Shown piece after piece: positions 63,188 through 64,000 of a stretch of DNA of 64,000 nt (positions within the stretch are counted from its first letter, which is position 1; every line of letters starts with the position of its first letter). The notes beneath the pieces were generated by a model. It did no database searches. It was not told where the DNA came from and saw nothing but the letters and a program-made list of their open reading frames with translations. Origin of the DNA: an uncultured delta proteobacterium (lineage in GTDB: Bacteria > Desulfobacterota > Syntrophia > Syntrophales > UBA5619); assembly GCA_963817385.1 (NCBI GenBank), contig CAWFOM010000010.1, positions 288,001-352,000 on the forward strand. The letters are read 5' to 3'. Both the position numbers and the translations under genes were made by a program.

Positions 63188-63649
63188 ATGAAAAAAGCGG
63201 ATTTGATTACGGGTGTTGTTCTTTTGGTGCTCTCCGGCTATGTGATCCGGGAGGCCTGGCAGATGCCCCCATCGGCGACGTTCGGTCCGGGTTCGGGGTT
63301 TCTCCCCTTCTGGCTCGGGGTGATCCTGGCGGTTCTGGCGGTGATCCTGCTGGCAACCACCTGGCGCCGCCGGGCGACTGAGAAGGACGGCATCTCCCCG
63401 TTCCCGGGCAAGAAGGCGCTCATCGCGATCGGTTCGGTTCTGGGTGGGCTTGCGGCCTACATCATCCTGATCGAGGTGCTGGGATTTCTCCTGGACACGT
63501 TCCTGTACGTGGCGTTTCTGCTGGGGGTGGTGGAGCGGGAACGTTGGCTCATGACGCTCCTGGTTGCGGTGTCGACGACGGCGGGGCTTTATCTCATCTT
63601 TCAGGTTCTCCTGGGGATTACATTGCCCTCGAACATGTTCGGATTCTAG
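63188..63649 (+). CDS. tctB: TctB small membrane subunit
   Basis: GPGSGFLP, 4 TM segments, LGITLP. Confidence 0.85.
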   Translation: MKKADLITGVVLLVLSGYVIREAWQMPPSATFGPGSGFLPFWLGVILAVLAVILLATTWRRRATEKDGISPFPGKKALIAIGSVLGGLAAYIILIEVLGFLLDTFLYVAFLLGVVERERWLMTLLVAVSTTAGLYLIFQVLLGITLPSNMFGF

Positions 63650-63669
63650 TCTGAGGCGGAGGTAGTATC

Positions 63670-64000
63670 GTGGATATATTTAATAATCTTATTCTGGGAT
63701 TTCAGGTCGCTTCCTCCTGGGAGAATCTCCTCTTCTGCTTTATCGGGACGCTCATCGGGACGCTCATCGGGGTTCTGCCGGGGATCGGCCCGACGACGGG
63801 GGTGGCGATTCTGATCCCGATCACGTTCGGGATGAATGCGACGACGGCGATCATCACGATGTGCGGGGTCTATTACGGGGCGATGTACGGGGGATCGACG
63901 ACGTCGATCCTCCTGAACGTGCCGGGGGAGTCCTCCTCGGTGATGACGACGCTGGACGGCTACCAGATGGCCAAGAACGGCCGGCCGGGTCCGGCCCTGG
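63670..64000 (+). CDS. tctA: TctA large membrane subunit, 5' part
   Basis: Manual translation from GTG: GTLIGVLPGIGPT...YYGAMYGGSTTSILLNVPGE...DGYQMAKNGR. Confidence 0.92.
   Translation, partial: MDIFNNLILGFQVASSWENLLFCFIGTLIGTLIGVLPGIGPTTGVAILIPITFGMNATTAIITMCGVYYGAMYGGSTTSILLNVPGESSSVMTTLDGYQMAKNGRPGPAL

Overview
This 64 kb window is core chromosome from a deltaproteobacterium (Desulfobacterota, probably Syntrophales-like; this is inferred from gene content only). It carries recJ (partial), rpmB, pfkA, purMN, recG, hom-apgM, iorAB, dnaJ-like, pyrDK-rimI-PTS IIABC, an EF-G paralog, fba, Grx/FTR/ggt, queA-tgt-yajC-secDF-lepB, pyrRBC-recO-glyQS, a GAF-PilB ATPase, an MCE/Mla transporter, mutS, a frhB-iorAB2-fprA-rubredoxin-rubrerythrin cluster, tRNA-Asn, a thiolase and a GntR-regulated TctCBA transporter. 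No prophage, CRISPR array or intact transposase was seen. The signals outside the ORF track are as follows. (1) A 28-bp dif site lies at 15359-15386, with KOPS-like octamers mostly pointing toward it and an abrupt GC step at that point. (2) Two copies of a ~125-bp palindromic MITE/REP-like element are present. One sits in the pyrB/pyrC ATGA junction between 9-bp direct repeats and creates a 53-codon ORF that could relay translational coupling. (3) There is a PyrR attenuator. (4) There are unannotated small Cys-rich proteins, including a basic desulforedoxin-like protein under a consensus promoter. (5) There is a decayed recD fragment. Seven otherwise intact genes, including essential glyS, each carry a +1 frameshift, which is most likely sequencing or assembly error. 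I found no clearly complete new multi-gene system; the best candidates are listed with explicit tests.
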